Positions 19,889 to 31,940 of a stretch of 64,000 nt of DNA are shown here, in pieces. Each line of letters begins with the position of its first letter. The stretch's first letter is position 1. Both the position numbers and the translations under genes were made by a program. This stretch comes from Clostridia bacterium (GTDB taxonomy: Bacteria > Bacillota > Clostridia > Christensenellales > Aristaeellaceae), in contig JAFRNK010000026.1 of NCBI GenBank assembly GCA_017430225.1, positions 11,956 through 75,955 on the forward strand, given 5' to 3'. Under the pieces are notes generated by a model. That model made no database searches, had not been told where the DNA came from, and saw nothing but the letters and a program-made list of their open reading frames with translations.

Positions 19889-19964
19889 GTCGAAAATGCG
19901 CTCTGTTGCGATGTTTTTGTTCGCGGCTATATGCGTTGCTCCGGGCGTTTAATAGCAAGAGCGG

Positions 19965-20199
19965 AGTGCGGAATTCGGAGTGCGGAGTTTAACTAATGTT
20001 CAAAGAATCACAGGATTGAATCAGGAAACAGCAGCAAAATATAAAAAGTAGAAAGTGAGAAGTACGAAGTAGGAAGTATTTCTACTTTTGATTGTGATCA
20101 TGCTTTGCGCCCCGCAAAACATAATCGACTTCCCACTATCTACCTCCAGCTTTCTACTTAATGAAACATTCTTTAACTCCGCACTCCAAATTCCGCACT
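19965..20199. repeat. about 27-bp inverted repeats flanking a 180-bp AT-rich segment, directly 3' of the recombinase gene
   Basis: IRL AGTGCGGAATTCGGAGTGCGGAGTTTAA (19965-19992) versus the reverse complement of IRR (20173-19199 region, i.e. 20173-20199): 26 of 27 match plus 1 indel. The interior has an 11-bp perfect hairpin (AAAAGTAGAAA/TTTCTACTTTT). The same arm sequence recurs at 47985-48038. Confidence 0.8.
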
Positions 20200-20205
20200 T
20201 CGTAC

Positions 20206-21303
20206 TCACTCGTCTTCCGTTTCTTCATTATTATTCGTCTGCGTCTTCGGAAGCACCGCTCTCCTCGCGGCCTGGCGCTTGTGCTCTTCGCTCATGGCGG
20301 CATAATGGCGGCGGGTCGTGTTGACGTCCGAGTGCCCGAGTACGTCCGCCACCAGGTAGATGTCCCCCGTCTCCTGATAGAGGTTCGTGCCGAATGTGCT
20401 GCGCAGCTTGTGCGGGCTCAGCCGCTTTTTGAGCGGCGCTGCGACCAGCGCGTATTTCTTGACCAGGTTTTCGACCGCGCGCTGGGTGATTCGCCGCTTC
20501 TGCAGTGATAAAAACAGCGCGTCCTCATGGCCGGGCAGAGGTTCGATTTCCGAACGCTCCTCCAGATACCGGCGCAGCGCGTCCCCCACCTGATCCGGGA
20601 AATACAGTATCGTTTGGTTTCCGCCTTTGCGGGTGACCTGGAAAGCGTTCTCCTCAAAATCGACGTCACTCAGGTTGATGCCCACTAGTTCGCTCACGCG
20701 GATACCCGTACCCAGGAACATGAGCAGGATCGCGACATCGCGGCTCGCCGTTTTTCGGTTGAGCTTCTGCTGATGCTCGGTCAGACCGTCACCGGACGAG
20801 GCTGCCTCCAGCATCTTTTCCATTTCCTCGTAATCCAGTCGCAGGATCGGCTTTTCATGCAGCTTGGGCAGGCTGACCAGGGTCGCGATATTCGCTGGGA
20901 TATGCCCATTTTTAAAGAGGTATTCAAACAGTGACCGGAGCGAGCACAGCTTGCGCATGATCCCCAGCTCGTGGTTCTGCATCAGGCTTTCGTCCCGCGT
21001 AAAGTACTGCCCCAGATAGTCCTGAAAACCCTCGATGTCCCGGGCCGTCAGGCTGCTCAGTTCACGGTCCCCGATCAGGGAAATGTCCACGTCCGCAAAA
21101 TCGGGGTTTTCTTTCTGCAGATAATCAAAAAACAGCCGGTAATCATAGGCGTACGCCAGCCGCGTCAGCGTACTGGTGGTATGTCCGATCGAACGGAAAA
21201 AGTCCGTGCACACCGCGGGCAGTTCCCGCTGAAGCTGCCGCAGCCTTCCTGTACGGCGAATGTCCTGTTGAGTTTTATAATCTGCTTTCTGCTGGTAAGG
21301 CAT
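20206..21303 (-). CDS. tyrosine-type site-specific recombinase/integrase (XerC/D family)
   Basis: 365 aa. The C-terminal catalytic region has GIRVSEL, HKLRSTFGT and LGHSDVNTTRRHY (R..HxxR..Y pattern). Confidence 0.88.
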   Translation of the reverse strand: MPYQQKADYKTQQDIRRTGRLRQLQRELPAVCTDFFRSIGHTTSTLTRLAYAYDYRLFFDYLQKENPDFADVDISLIGDRELSSLTARDIEGFQDYLGQYFTRDESLMQNHELGIMRKLCSLRSLFEYLFKNGHIPANIATLVSLPKLHEKPILRLDYEEMEKMLEAASSGDGLTEHQQKLNRKTASRDVAILLMFLGTGIRVSELVGINLSDVDFEENAFQVTRKGGNQTILYFPDQVGDALRRYLEERSEIEPLPGHEDALFLSLQKRRITQRAVENLVKKYALVAAPLKKRLSPHKLRSTFGTNLYQETGDIYLVADVLGHSDVNTTRRHYAAMSEEHKRQAARRAVLPKTQTNNNEETEDE

Positions 21304-21383
21304 TGCTTATCTCCCGTCATTCACGCCGGATAACTGCCCTGACAAAGGCAGACGAACAGGTATACGGCGTGATGATTTTTTCA

Positions 21384-22727
21384 TTAATGAAAAACGAATT
21401 TCTTCAGCCGTCCCTCGACGACCGCCTGGAGGCCCTCCACCATGCCCTGCGCGATCTTTTCCTGGTAGTCGTCAGTGGTCAGGATCCAGTCGTTGGCCGG
21501 CGTGGAGAGGAATCCGCACTCGATCAGGAAAGTCGTCATTTTCGACCAGTTGTTCCCGACAAACTGGTCGGACATCCGCACGACGCCGCCCTTGACGCCG
21601 GTCGACTCCTTCATCGCGTCCAGGATCGTCTGTGCGACGTCCCGGTACTGTTCGATCGGCATAACCGCTTTCGCATAGGGCGAGTTCGACGGCCCATAGA
21701 CGTAGATCGCGTTGTTGTTGCCCTCGGAAGACATGTTCAGGTGAATTCGCAGGAAATAATCAGCGCCCTGTTCGTTCGCGTACTCGGCGCGCTCCATGTT
21801 CGTGACCGACACTTCCTCGACCCACCGGGTCATGGTCACTTCGGCGCCGAGTTCTCGCAGCCTGCGGCAGATACGGTATGAGATCTCCAGAACCGCGATG
21901 GATTCCTTGCGCAGGGTCACCGCGCCTTGTCCCATCGTGGAATTGCCGCCCGACACGAGTTTTTCAGACCCGGGATACTGGTGCACCCTTCCCCCATGCA
22001 CTTCAAGCCCCTGATGACCCGGATCAAGGCACACCTTGACGCCTTTGAGCGGACCTTCTTCCGCGACATAACTGACATCAGGCGGCACGAAAAGGAGCCG
22101 GACCTTATCTGAGGCCAGTTTCCTGTTATTCAACCCGCTGACGGTCACCGTGACCGAATCCTTCGCGTTTGCGCACGGGAGCAGCAGTCTCCCGGAAAAC
22201 CGGCCGTCTCCCTGTTCGTCGACGATCAGCTGGCCCTTCTGCATGACCGACGAAAACTGGACAATCGCCTGATGGTGTCCGGGAGCGGTGAACGAATAAT
22301 CGACATATTTGTCGCCCGGCGTCAGCGTCAGATCCTTTACCTTCGCCGCCGCCCCGGATGAGACCTTTCTCGTTTCCGGCGCTTTCACGTCATTCAGATC
22401 AAAAGTGGCTTTGTCCAGCAATCTCTCGGAAGGCGTTTTGATCTCTATTTTCAGGTTTTTTGCCTTCTGTTTGCACGGAAGCGGTATCTCGCCCTCAAAC
22501 TGCCCGTTCCGGCCCGTCAGTACAAGGATTCCCGATTCATCCGCTGTCTTGTATTTGACAAGCAGATACGGATAATCCGGGCAGGCAAATGAACAGCTCA
22601 CTCCCGTTCCGGTTTCCGATAAGCGGATCCCGGTCACAGACTTAGCCGCGACCGCGCTTCCGAGCGAAGAGACGCAGCATAGCAAAACCGCAAATAGTAT
22701 GATTTGCATTAAGCGTTTATGCAGCAT
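21384..22727 (-). CDS. secreted N-acetylmuramoyl-L-alanine amidase (Amidase_3) with N-terminal unknown domain
   Basis: 447 aa with a signal peptide. CLDPGHQG, ADYFLRIHLN and ECGFLSTPAND are typical of Amidase_3. Confidence 0.85.
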   Translation of the reverse strand: MLHKRLMQIILFAVLLCCVSSLGSAVAAKSVTGIRLSETGTGVSCSFACPDYPYLLVKYKTADESGILVLTGRNGQFEGEIPLPCKQKAKNLKIEIKTPSERLLDKATFDLNDVKAPETRKVSSGAAAKVKDLTLTPGDKYVDYSFTAPGHHQAIVQFSSVMQKGQLIVDEQGDGRFSGRLLLPCANAKDSVTVTVSGLNNRKLASDKVRLLFVPPDVSYVAEEGPLKGVKVCLDPGHQGLEVHGGRVHQYPGSEKLVSGGNSTMGQGAVTLRKESIAVLEISYRICRRLRELGAEVTMTRWVEEVSVTNMERAEYANEQGADYFLRIHLNMSSEGNNNAIYVYGPSNSPYAKAVMPIEQYRDVAQTILDAMKESTGVKGGVVRMSDQFVGNNWSKMTTFLIECGFLSTPANDWILTTDDYQEKIAQGMVEGLQAVVEGRLKKFVFH

Positions 22728-22747
22728 ACAGACTCCTTGTTGATTGC

Positions 22748-22773
22748 GAAAAGCCGCTTAAGCGCGGCTTTTC
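22748..22773 (-). terminator. terminator hairpin after gyrA
   Basis: GAAAAGCCGC (22748-22757) / GCGGCTTTTC (22764-22773), a 10-bp stem with A/T-run shoulders on both sides (bidirectional shape). Confidence 0.7.
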
Positions 22774-22782
22774 GTCAGTTCA

Positions 22783-25311
22783 TTATATTTCGTCCGTCGG
22801 TTCAAGGCTCGAAAGCTCATCGGCCGGCATATCAGGCGTTTCCTGGTCCTGCTCTGTTTCGGGGGGCAAGGTTTCCTCCGCTTCCTCCTCCGGATCGGCG
22901 CGGCAGACGGAGATGATCCGGCGCTCGTCGCCGACGCGCATCAGGCGCACGCCCTGGGCGACGCGGCCGCAGACGCGGATGGAGCTGACCGGCATACGGA
23001 TAATCGTGCCGTCGTCCGTGATCAGCAGGATGTCCTCGTCCTCATGCACGACCAGCTGCGCGGTCAGCGGGCCGGTCTTATCCGTCAGCGCCATGGCTTT
23101 CACGCCCATGCCGCCGCGGCTCTGCTCACGGTAGAGCTCGGGATCCGTCCGCTTGCCGTAGCCGTTTTCGGTGATGTTCAGCACCAGGGAGCCTTCCTCG
23201 ATCACGCAGAGGTCGATTACCTGATCGCCCGCGTTCAGGCGCATGGAGCGCACGCCGCGCGCCATACGGCCCATCGAGCGTACGTCGCCCGTGCTGAAGC
23301 GGATCGCGCGGCCGTCCCTTGTGCCCATCAGCAGCGTATCGCCGTCGCGGCACAGGCGCACGCCGACCAGCTCGTCGCCTTCCATCAGCGTGACCGCGTA
23401 AAGGCCCATCCTGCGCAGGTTCCGGAATTCGTCCAGGTCGGTCTTCTTGATATAGCCGCCCTTGGTGGCCATGATCAGGCTGTAGTTGTCGCCCTCCTTG
23501 GGCAGCGGCAACATGGTCGTGACCTTTTCGCCGGTGGTCAGCTGCAGCAGGTTGATGATCGCCGTGCCGCGCGCCGTACGCCCGGCTTCGGGGATCTGGT
23601 AGCAGCGCAGCATGTACACGCGGCCCAGATTGGTGAAGAACATCACGTCCTGATGCGTGTTCACGATGCAGATCTGCTCCGCGAAGTCCTCGTCGCGCGT
23701 CGTCATGCCGCTCACGCCCTTGCCGCCGCGGTTCTGCGCGCGGTACACGGACTTGGAAATGCGCTTGACATAGCCGAAGTGCGTCAGGGTGACCACCATA
23801 TCGTCCACTGCGATCAGGTCTTCGACGTCGATCTCGCCCTCGACCGGAGAGAGCTCCGTGCGGCGGTCGTCGCCGAACTTGTCGCGGATCACGCTCAGTT
23901 CGTCCTTGATGACGGCCATCAGCTTGGTCTTGTCCGCCAGCAGGCCTTCGAGGTAGGCGATGTCGGCCTCGATCTCGTCGTATTCGGCCTGGAGCTTGTC
24001 GCTTTCGAGGTTGGTCAGGCGGGCCAGGCGCATGTCCAGGATCGCCTGGGCCTGCTTGTCCGAGAAATCGAAGCGTGCCATCAGGGCTTCCTTGGCGGAA
24101 GGCGTATCCTTGCTGGTGCGGATGATGTGCACGACCTCGTCGATATTGTCCAGCGCCTTGAGCAGGCCTTCGAGGATGTGCGCGCGTGCGCGGTCTTTCT
24201 CGAGGTTGTACTGCGTGCGGCGGGTGACCACGTCGTCCTGGTGGCGGATGTAGTAATACAGCACGTCGCGCAGGCTCAGTACACGCGGATGGCCGTCCAC
24301 CAAGGCCAGCATGTTCACACCGAAAGTATCCTGCAGCTGCGTATGCTTGTACAGGTAGTTCATCACCACCGCAGGCTGCACATCCTTCTTGAGCTCGATG
24401 ACGATGCGCATGCCGTTGCGGTCGGACTCGTCGCGCAGGTCGCTGATGCCTTCGACCTGCTTGTCGCGTACCAGCTCACCGATCTTTTCCACCAGGCGCG
24501 CCTTGTTGACCATGTACGGGATCTCAGTGACCACGATGCGCGCGCGGTCGTGGCCCATATCCTCGATCTCGCTCTTGGCGCGGACGGTGATATGCCCCTT
24601 GCCGGTGTAATAGGCTTCGCGGATGCCGGAAAGACCCAGGATCACGCCGCCGGTGGGGAAATCCGGACCTTTGATGTGCTCCATCAGGTCGTCCAGCGTC
24701 GCGTCCGGATTGTCGATCAGACAGATCGCGCCGTTGATGACTTCGCGCAGGTTATGCGGCGGGATATTGGTCGCCATGCCGACCGCAATGCCCTGGGAAC
24801 CGTTGACCAGCAGGTTCGGAAAGCGCGCAGGCAGCACCGTGGGCTGCATCAGCGTTTCGTCGAAGTTGGGCATGAAATCGACGGTATCCTTGTCGATATC
24901 CTGCATCATATAGGTGCAGATCTTGCTCATGCGTGCTTCGGTGTAACGCATGGCCGCCGCGCCGTCGCCATCCACGGAACCAAAGTTGCCCTGGCCCTCC
25001 ACCAGCGGGTAGCGGATGGAGAAATCCTGCGCCAGGCGGACCATGGCATCGTAAACGGACGCGTCGCCGTGGGGATGGAACTTACCGAGCACATCGCCCA
25101 CCAGACGCGCGGACTTGCGGAAGGGCTTGTCCGGCGTCATGCCGAGCTCGTTCATATCGAACAGGATGCGCCGGTGTACCGGCTTCAGACCGTCGCGCAC
25201 ATCCGGCAGCGCGCGATTGATGATGACCGCCATCGCGTACGCGATGAACGAGGTTTTCATCTCCGTTTCAAGATCGGCAGGCAATAAACGGTCATTGATT
25301 TCACTGGGCAT
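22783..25311 (-). CDS. gyrA: DNA gyrase subunit A
   Basis: 842 aa with [26 protein letters not shown], the active-site AAMRYTE, and C-terminal beta-pinwheel repeats. Confidence 0.98.
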   Translation of the reverse strand: MPSEINDRLLPADLETEMKTSFIAYAMAVIINRALPDVRDGLKPVHRRILFDMNELGMTPDKPFRKSARLVGDVLGKFHPHGDASVYDAMVRLAQDFSIRYPLVEGQGNFGSVDGDGAAAMRYTEARMSKICTYMMQDIDKDTVDFMPNFDETLMQPTVLPARFPNLLVNGSQGIAVGMATNIPPHNLREVINGAICLIDNPDATLDDLMEHIKGPDFPTGGVILGLSGIREAYYTGKGHITVRAKSEIEDMGHDRARIVVTEIPYMVNKARLVEKIGELVRDKQVEGISDLRDESDRNGMRIVIELKKDVQPAVVMNYLYKHTQLQDTFGVNMLALVDGHPRVLSLRDVLYYYIRHQDDVVTRRTQYNLEKDRARAHILEGLLKALDNIDEVVHIIRTSKDTPSAKEALMARFDFSDKQAQAILDMRLARLTNLESDKLQAEYDEIEADIAYLEGLLADKTKLMAVIKDELSVIRDKFGDDRRTELSPVEGEIDVEDLIAVDDMVVTLTHFGYVKRISKSVYRAQNRGGKGVSGMTTRDEDFAEQICIVNTHQDVMFFTNLGRVYMLRCYQIPEAGRTARGTAIINLLQLTTGEKVTTMLPLPKEGDNYSLIMATKGGYIKKTDLDEFRNLRRMGLYAVTLMEGDELVGVRLCRDGDTLLMGTRDGRAIRFSTGDVRSMGRMARGVRSMRLNAGDQVIDLCVIEEGSLVLNITENGYGKRTDPELYREQSRGGMGVKAMALTDKTGPLTAQLVVHEDEDILLITDDGTIIRMPVSSIRVCGRVAQGVRLMRVGDERRIISVCRADPEEEAEETLPPETEQDQETPDMPADELSSLEPTDEI

Positions 25312-25334
25312 GGTTGCTTTCCTTTCATTGGTTA

Positions 25335-25387
25335 TGCAGGGAGAGACGGAAACTCTTCTGGAGAAGAGCTTTTCTCCTCTCCCTGCA
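25335..25387 (-). other. long composite hairpin between the lipoprotein gene and the gyrA start
   Basis: TGCAGGGAGAG (25335-25345) / CTCTCCCTGCA (25377-25387) with nested CTCTTC-TGGA-GAAGAG. There is no T-run, so it is not a canonical terminator. Confidence 0.55.
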
Positions 25388-25409
25388 CCCTTTCCTCTTT
25401 CAGAAGACT

Positions 25410-26072
25410 TTAATTCAAAGGGTATTCTTCAAAATAATCATTATTGCGCGCAAACAGGCTCCTGAGCCCCAGTACCCGTTTCAGCGTTTTTTCGCAGTCC
25501 GCAGGAGCCGGAATCAAGCTGGCGGACACGATGTCTTCATCGTTTTTGACAAAGGAACAGAGAACTCCGTAATCACGGTTGTATTTGAGAAAAACCAGGG
25601 CACATTCCGGAAAAGCCTCATCAGCCTGGAACACACAGCCCGTACGCAGTACAGATACTGCTGCCATAAACGCTGCTCCCGCCTGGCTCGCTACTGCTGA
25701 GGGGACCGATCCGCCCACCGACTGCCGCACCTTGTCGGCAACATCAGGGGAAAAATCCTTCAGCGATACACCGGACGCAGAGAGGAAAGCCTCGATCGCG
25801 CCTTCCTTGAGCACATAAACCGTACCTTCCGAATACTGATTCCATGCGGCTTTGGCAATTTTATCAATCAGCGCCTTGGCTTCACCGTTTGAGCCCAGGT
25901 ACAGCCTCACATATGCTTCATCCCCCGCGCATTCCGCCATCAGAGCCGTCAGCGCTTCTGCCTGTTCACGCATGGTTTCCCGGGCGTCATCGTTGAGTTC
26001 CGCACATGCCGCGAGGGACAAAAAGACGGACAATATCAGAGCAATCGCAGTTATGCGCCGCATCCTTTTCAT
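25410..26072 (-). CDS. hypothetical lipoprotein inserted between gyrB and gyrA
   Basis: Lipobox LSLAAC after a hydrophobic N-terminus. Start chosen at the second ATG (26072), 6 nt after GGAGGG. No recognisable domain. Confidence 0.6.
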   Translation of the reverse strand: MKRMRRITAIALILSVFLSLAACAELNDDARETMREQAEALTALMAECAGDEAYVRLYLGSNGEAKALIDKIAKAAWNQYSEGTVYVLKEGAIEAFLSASGVSLKDFSPDVADKVRQSVGGSVPSAVASQAGAAFMAAVSVLRTGCVFQADEAFPECALVFLKYNRDYGVLCSFVKNDEDIVSASLIPAPADCEKTLKRVLGLRSLFARNNDYFEEYPLN

Positions 26073-26102
26073 CAGCATCCCTCCAGCACATCAGGAGTAG
26101 AA

Positions 26103-26139
26103 TTAACTCCTGATTCCTCACTCCTAACTCCTCACTCAC
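26103..26139. repeat. degenerate single arm of the GGAGT-word repeat family, downstream of gyrB
   Basis: TTAACTCCTGATTCCTCACTCCTAACTCCTCACTCAC. Its reverse complement is built of GGAGT/GAGGA words ending in AGGAGTTAA, like the arms at 19965 and 47985. Confidence 0.4.
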
Positions 26140-26165
26140 AGGCGGCACAATGTGCTGTCCCTACA

Positions 26166-28136
<1,971 letters not shown>

Positions 28137-28227
28137 TCATTCCCCTGCGGCCGGCCGTTATGCCGGACACGCTGCTGCTGCAAAGGCTTTCGCGGCACCG
28201 CAGCAGGCTGCCCAGAGGCAACAATTT

Positions 28228-28256
28228 ATTATATCACAAAAATCATTATAATGGAA
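28228..28256 (-). promoter_or_regulatory. candidate gyrB promoter (extended -10)
   Basis: The minus strand reads TTCCAT (28256-28251), a 17-nt spacer, then TG-A-TATAAT (TATAAT at 28233-28228). Confidence 0.5.
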
Positions 28257-28368
28257 GCTTTTGGTTGAAGTTTTCCGCAATTTTCCTTCCAAAAACTGAT
28301 CCGTTTTCCTGAATCCGCCAGCCTTTCCGGCATCCCTTACCTTCAGAATATGGTAACCGGTTTTGACA

Positions 28369-28397
28369 TTGACTTTTCATGCGGAAATGCCTATACT
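28369..28397 (+). promoter_or_regulatory. promoter of the leader + five-gene operon
   Basis: TTGACT (28369-28374), a 17-nt spacer, TATACT (28392-28397). An overlapping TTGACA sits at 28363-28368. Confidence 0.65.
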
Positions 28398-28403
28398 ATC
28401 AAA

Positions 28404-28629
28404 CACAGGGATATCCTGGGGTGTTCGCCAGTTCTCTGTTGTTCCCCACATTTCAAATAACGGAACTCGGGTCGTTTTCAGGTTCGGCTGTCATGCCCCC
28501 GCACCTCACGGCGCGCCAGGGGACGGCAAAAGACCGCGCAGAGTTCCGGCCTGTTCTTAGGAGCGGGTGAAATATACAGGGAACAGCGGCATCTTGGGTT
28601 TCCTGTCTGCGGTCGGCTGGCCGCAGTCA
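28404..28629 (+). promoter_or_regulatory. long structured 5' leader, riboswitch-like, class not identified
   Basis: No ORF. Nested helices: TGTTCCC (28440-46) / GGGAACA (28579-85); GGAACT (28462-67) / AGTTCC (28542-47); GCGCG (28511-15) / CGCGC (28535-39); CTGCGG..CCGCAG (28608-28626). Followed by an intrinsic terminator, then the RBS. Confidence 0.55.
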
Positions 28630-28668
28630 TCCGACATAACGGGTCATCCCTTATGACGGATTTTTTTT
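28630..28668 (+). terminator. intrinsic terminator (expression-platform-like) between the leader and the aldo/keto reductase gene
   Basis: TCCGACATAA (28630-39) / TTATGACGGA (28651-60), 10 bp with 1 mismatch, followed by TTTTTTTT (28661-68). The CDS starts 52 nt later. Confidence 0.75.
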
Positions 28669-28719
28669 ATCAGTGTTTTCCGGCACCCTTGCGCAATTAT
28701 TGGTTACAGGAGTGTGGAT

Positions 28720-29929
28720 TATGCAATACAGAAAGGACAGATACGGCCGAGACATTTCCCTCCTCGGATTCGGCTGCATGAGGCTCACGCACAGCGGCCC
28801 GGGCATCGACATCGACAAGAGCGCCCGGGAAATCAAACGCGCCTTCGAGCTCGGCGTCAATTATTTCGACACAGCCTACACCTATCCCGGCAGCGAGGAA
28901 GCCCTCGGCACGATCCTGGAGCGCAAACAGCTGCGCGATAAGGTCTATATCGCGACCAAGCTGCCGCAGTACCTGGTCAACAGTTCTTCCGCGATCGAGC
29001 GTTTCTTTCAGGAAGAGCTGCGCCGGCTGCGCACCGATAGGATCGATTATTACCTCATGCACATGCTGACCGACCTGGCAGCGTGGCAGAAACTGGAGAG
29101 GTTTGGCATCCGCGAATGGATCGCGCAAAAAAAGGCCGCGGGCCAGATCGTCAACATCGGCTTCTCCTTCCACGGGAACACCGACCAGTTTCTGGCTATC
29201 CTGGCTGCTTACGACTGGGATTTCTGCCAAATCCAGTACAACTACCTGGACGAGCACACCCAGGCCGGCCGCAAGGGACTGGAAGCGGCGCAGAAGCGCG
29301 GGATCCCGGTCATCATCATGGAGCCGCTCCGGGGCGGCAAGCTCGTGAACGCGCTGCCCGTGGACGCGCAGGAACTCATCGCCCGCGAAGCCCCGGGCCG
29401 GAAGCCTGCCGAACTGGCTTTCCGCTGGCTGTACGACCAGCCCGGCGTGACCTGCGTGCTTTCGGGCATGAACAGCCTTGAAATGGTCGAAGAGAACTGC
29501 CGCTGGGCTACAGAAACAGGCCCCGGCACCCTGACTGAAGCCGATTTTGCCTTCTATGACAAGCTGCGCGCCATCATCAACGCTCACCTGCGCGTGGGCT
29601 GCACCGCCTGCGGCTATTGCATGCCCTGCCCGCAGGGCGTGGATATCCCCGGCACGTTCCGCTGCTGGAACCGCATGTACTCCGAAAACAAATGGTCCGG
29701 CCGCTTCGAATATTTCCAGACAATCAGTTTGCAGAAAGAACAGCCTTTCGCGACAAGGTGCGTCGCCTGCGGACGGTGTGAGAAGCGCTGCCCGCAGCAT
29801 ATTTCCATCATTGAGGAATTAAAGCAGGCCGACCGCGCGCTCCGTCCGCCTTACATCCGCGTCGCCAACAAGGTCGCGCACGCCTGGCTTTTCAGGCGCG
29901 GACAAAACCATCAGGATACGCATCAATGA
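28720..29929 (+). CDS. aldo/keto reductase with C-terminal Cys-rich (4Fe-4S-type) domain
   Basis: MQYRKDRYGRDISLLGFGCMRL and FDTAYTYPGSEE AKR motifs. C-terminal CTACGYCMPCP and CVACGRCEKRCP clusters. AGGAG 8 nt upstream of the ATG at 28720. Confidence 0.85.
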
Positions 29930-30975
29930 GCCATATTCCCGAAGAAAGCAATACGTTTGCTGACTGCCTGCTCGGCTGGTATGACGAAAACGGCCGCAGT
30001 TTTGTGTTCCGCGGGACGAAAGACCCCTACCGGGTCTGGCTGAGCGAGATCATGCTGCAGCAGACGCGCACGGAGAGCGCAGGCCCGTATTACGAGCGCT
30101 TTCTCAGCCGTTTCCCCGACGTCGCCGCGCTCGCCGCGGCGGATGAGGAATCCGTGCTGTGCTGCTGGCAGGGGCTCGGCTATTACACGCGCGCCAGAAA
30201 CCTGCACAAAGCCGCGAAGATGGTCGTTTCCGATTTTGGCGGCGCTTTCCCCCGCACCGCAGAAGCGCTGCGCACGCTGCCGGGCGTCGGCGCCTATACT
30301 GCCGCTGCCGTCGCCTCCATCGCGTTCGGTGAATGCGTCCCGTCCATGGACGGCAACCTGATCCGCGTCTTCTCCCGCCTGACGGACGAAGCGGAGGACG
30401 CCTCGCAGCCAGCGACCGTACAGCGGCTCGCCGAAGAGGCGAAGCGCCTGATGCCCCAGGACCGCCCGGGAGACTACAACCAGGCGCTCATGGACCTCGG
30501 GGCGACTGTCTGTACCCCCGGTACGCCGGACTGCTCTGCCTGCCCCATACAGGCGTACTGCCTGGCCGCACAGGCCGGTCACCCGGAAACGCGGCCTGTC
30601 CTGCCGCGCAAAGCCCCTCCGATATGCGTTCCGCTCAATCTGCTGATGATCTTCGGGCACGGCCGGGTATATCTCCGGCAGCGGCGGGAAGCCCTCCTCA
30701 AGGGCATGTACGTATTCGCCCTGAGCGAAGACCCGCCTGAACAGGCGCTGAACGCCCTCGGCCTCACCGGCGCAGAAATCGTGCCCGCAGGCGAGGCGAG
30801 GCACGTTTTCACCCACCGTGTATGGGAAATGACGCTGTGGGCGGTGCACATCGATCACATCCCGCCGGCGTTGGAACCGAATTTCTATACGCCGGAGCAG
30901 ATGGACGCCCTGCCTGTACCCACAGCCATGCGCGCCGCCTGCGCCTATGTCCGAAAGGAGCTCCATCAATCATGA
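29926..30975 (+). CDS. mutY: A/G-specific adenine DNA glycosylase
   Basis: 349 aa with PYRVWLSEIMLQQTR, GLGYYTRARNLHKAA and Fe-S loop CTPGTPDCSACPIQAYC. ATGA overlap with the upstream gene. Confidence 0.93.
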   Translation: MSHIPEESNTFADCLLGWYDENGRSFVFRGTKDPYRVWLSEIMLQQTRTESAGPYYERFLSRFPDVAALAAADEESVLCCWQGLGYYTRARNLHKAAKMVVSDFGGAFPRTAEALRTLPGVGAYTAAAVASIAFGECVPSMDGNLIRVFSRLTDEAEDASQPATVQRLAEEAKRLMPQDRPGDYNQALMDLGATVCTPGTPDCSACPIQAYCLAAQAGHPETRPVLPRKAPPICVPLNLLMIFGHGRVYLRQRREALLKGMYVFALSEDPPEQALNALGLTGAEIVPAGEARHVFTHRVWEMTLWAVHIDHIPPALEPNFYTPEQMDALPVPTAMRAACAYVRKELHQS

Positions 30976-31940
30976 AACAAAAGCCGAAAGCGTCCGAACC
31001 GCTGCGCCGTGTGCGGCATGCCAGGGCCCTGATGCGCCTAGCGCAGTTCATGGCACTGGCTTTGTTCGGCGTGGCGGTATACTGCTTTTATATCCGCGAT
31101 TACCGGGAAGGATGGGCGCTGGTCGCCGCTTCATTCCTGGCTGTCGTGCTGCTGGCCCTGCCGGCCGCGAACGCCTGGCGCAGGCAATGGAAACGCCAGA
31201 GCATCATCGCCGGTTACGGTACGTACGCAGAGCAGACGGAGCTGGACGAACGCCCGCACATGGCGCCGGAACAGTTTGAGCTGCTCTGCCTGTTTCCCTT
31301 CGATTTCAACGCCACCGGCGATTTTGACGTCCACCGGGAAATCAGGCTCACCTGCCGCGAACGGACGGTCAGCCTCACAGAAATGACTGTGCCCGCGCGC
31401 ATCCGCGGGCTGGAAGCCCTGGTGGACGGCGTGCTGATCCGGATGGACATGCCCCGCGCGCCGGTCTCCCGCCTGATGCTGACCGGCACATCCTTCGGCG
31501 ATCTGGACATTCTGACGGCGTGGTACCGCAAAAACCTGCGCCTGCTGCCCGCGATGTTCAGCGTCCAGCAGCAGATGCAGGCTTTCAGCGACGGCTCTGA
31601 ACCCGGACTTCGCACGATCTCCCAGCTGCACCGCATCACCGAAAAGCGCGCCAGGAATATCGTATTGAGCCTCGCCGGACGGGAACTGAACGTTTTCATC
31701 CGCAACGCAGTGATCCTGACCAATCCGCCGATGGGCTTCGGTCAAATCACCCAGCAGCGCCTTGAGCAGCTCGGCATTCCCGAACTGCCTGCCATTCTGG
31801 ATTTCGCCTTTGATACCGAAGCCCTGCGCGCCGGCGCGGACATCCCCTTCGATGAAGAGGAAGACCGCAAACAGGCGGGACTACAGACGGTCATCCATGA
31901 AGCGGACGAAGATTTCCGCCGTCCGGAGGAACACGAATGA
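30972..31940 (+). CDS. hypothetical membrane protein (two N-terminal TM helices)
   Basis: Start trimmed to the ATG at 30972 (MKQKPKASEPL...), which forms an ATGA overlap with the mutY stop. Hydrophobic segments FMALALFGVAVYCFY and LVAASFLAVVLLAL. Confidence 0.6.
   Translation: MKQKPKASEPLRRVRHARALMRLAQFMALALFGVAVYCFYIRDYREGWALVAASFLAVVLLALPAANAWRRQWKRQSIIAGYGTYAEQTELDERPHMAPEQFELLCLFPFDFNATGDFDVHREIRLTCRERTVSLTEMTVPARIRGLEALVDGVLIRMDMPRAPVSRLMLTGTSFGDLDILTAWYRKNLRLLPAMFSVQQQMQAFSDGSEPGLRTISQLHRITEKRARNIVLSLAGRELNVFIRNAVILTNPPMGFGQITQQRLEQLGIPELPAILDFAFDTEALRAGADIPFDEEEDRKQAGLQTVIHEADEDFRRPEEHE

Noticed and set aside
20021-20209. 62-aa minus-strand ORF (and the 20088..20324 plus-strand ORF) inside the inverted-repeat-flanked segment
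   Set aside because: No RBS, and the low-complexity Phe/Leu/Ser-rich translation comes from AT-rich hairpin DNA. It overlaps the repeat arms and is treated as non-coding.
21304-21383. Hairpin TCACGCCG..CGGCGTGA followed by TGATTTTTTC between the amidase and recombinase genes
   Set aside because: The T-run is on the plus strand while both flanking genes are on the minus strand, so it does not fit a terminator for either. It is too short and isolated to interpret.
20206-22727. Recombinase + amidase as remnants of a prophage or integrative element
   Set aside because: There are no other phage or mobile genes (no excisionase, capsid, terminase or holin), no tRNA attachment site and no direct repeats flanking the pair. 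The amidase has a signal peptide and a housekeeping-like context.
28455-28530. Resemblance of the leader to a cobalamin riboswitch core and B12 box (GCCCCCGCACCTCACGG, GCCAGGGGACGGC), and of CGCGCAGAGTTCCGGCC to GEMM-I
   Set aside because: Only partial word matches. The hallmark GGTGAAAATCC-type hairpin and GCCACTG are absent, and the downstream genes are not B12- or c-di-GMP-related. It is left as an unclassified leader pending a covariance-model scan.
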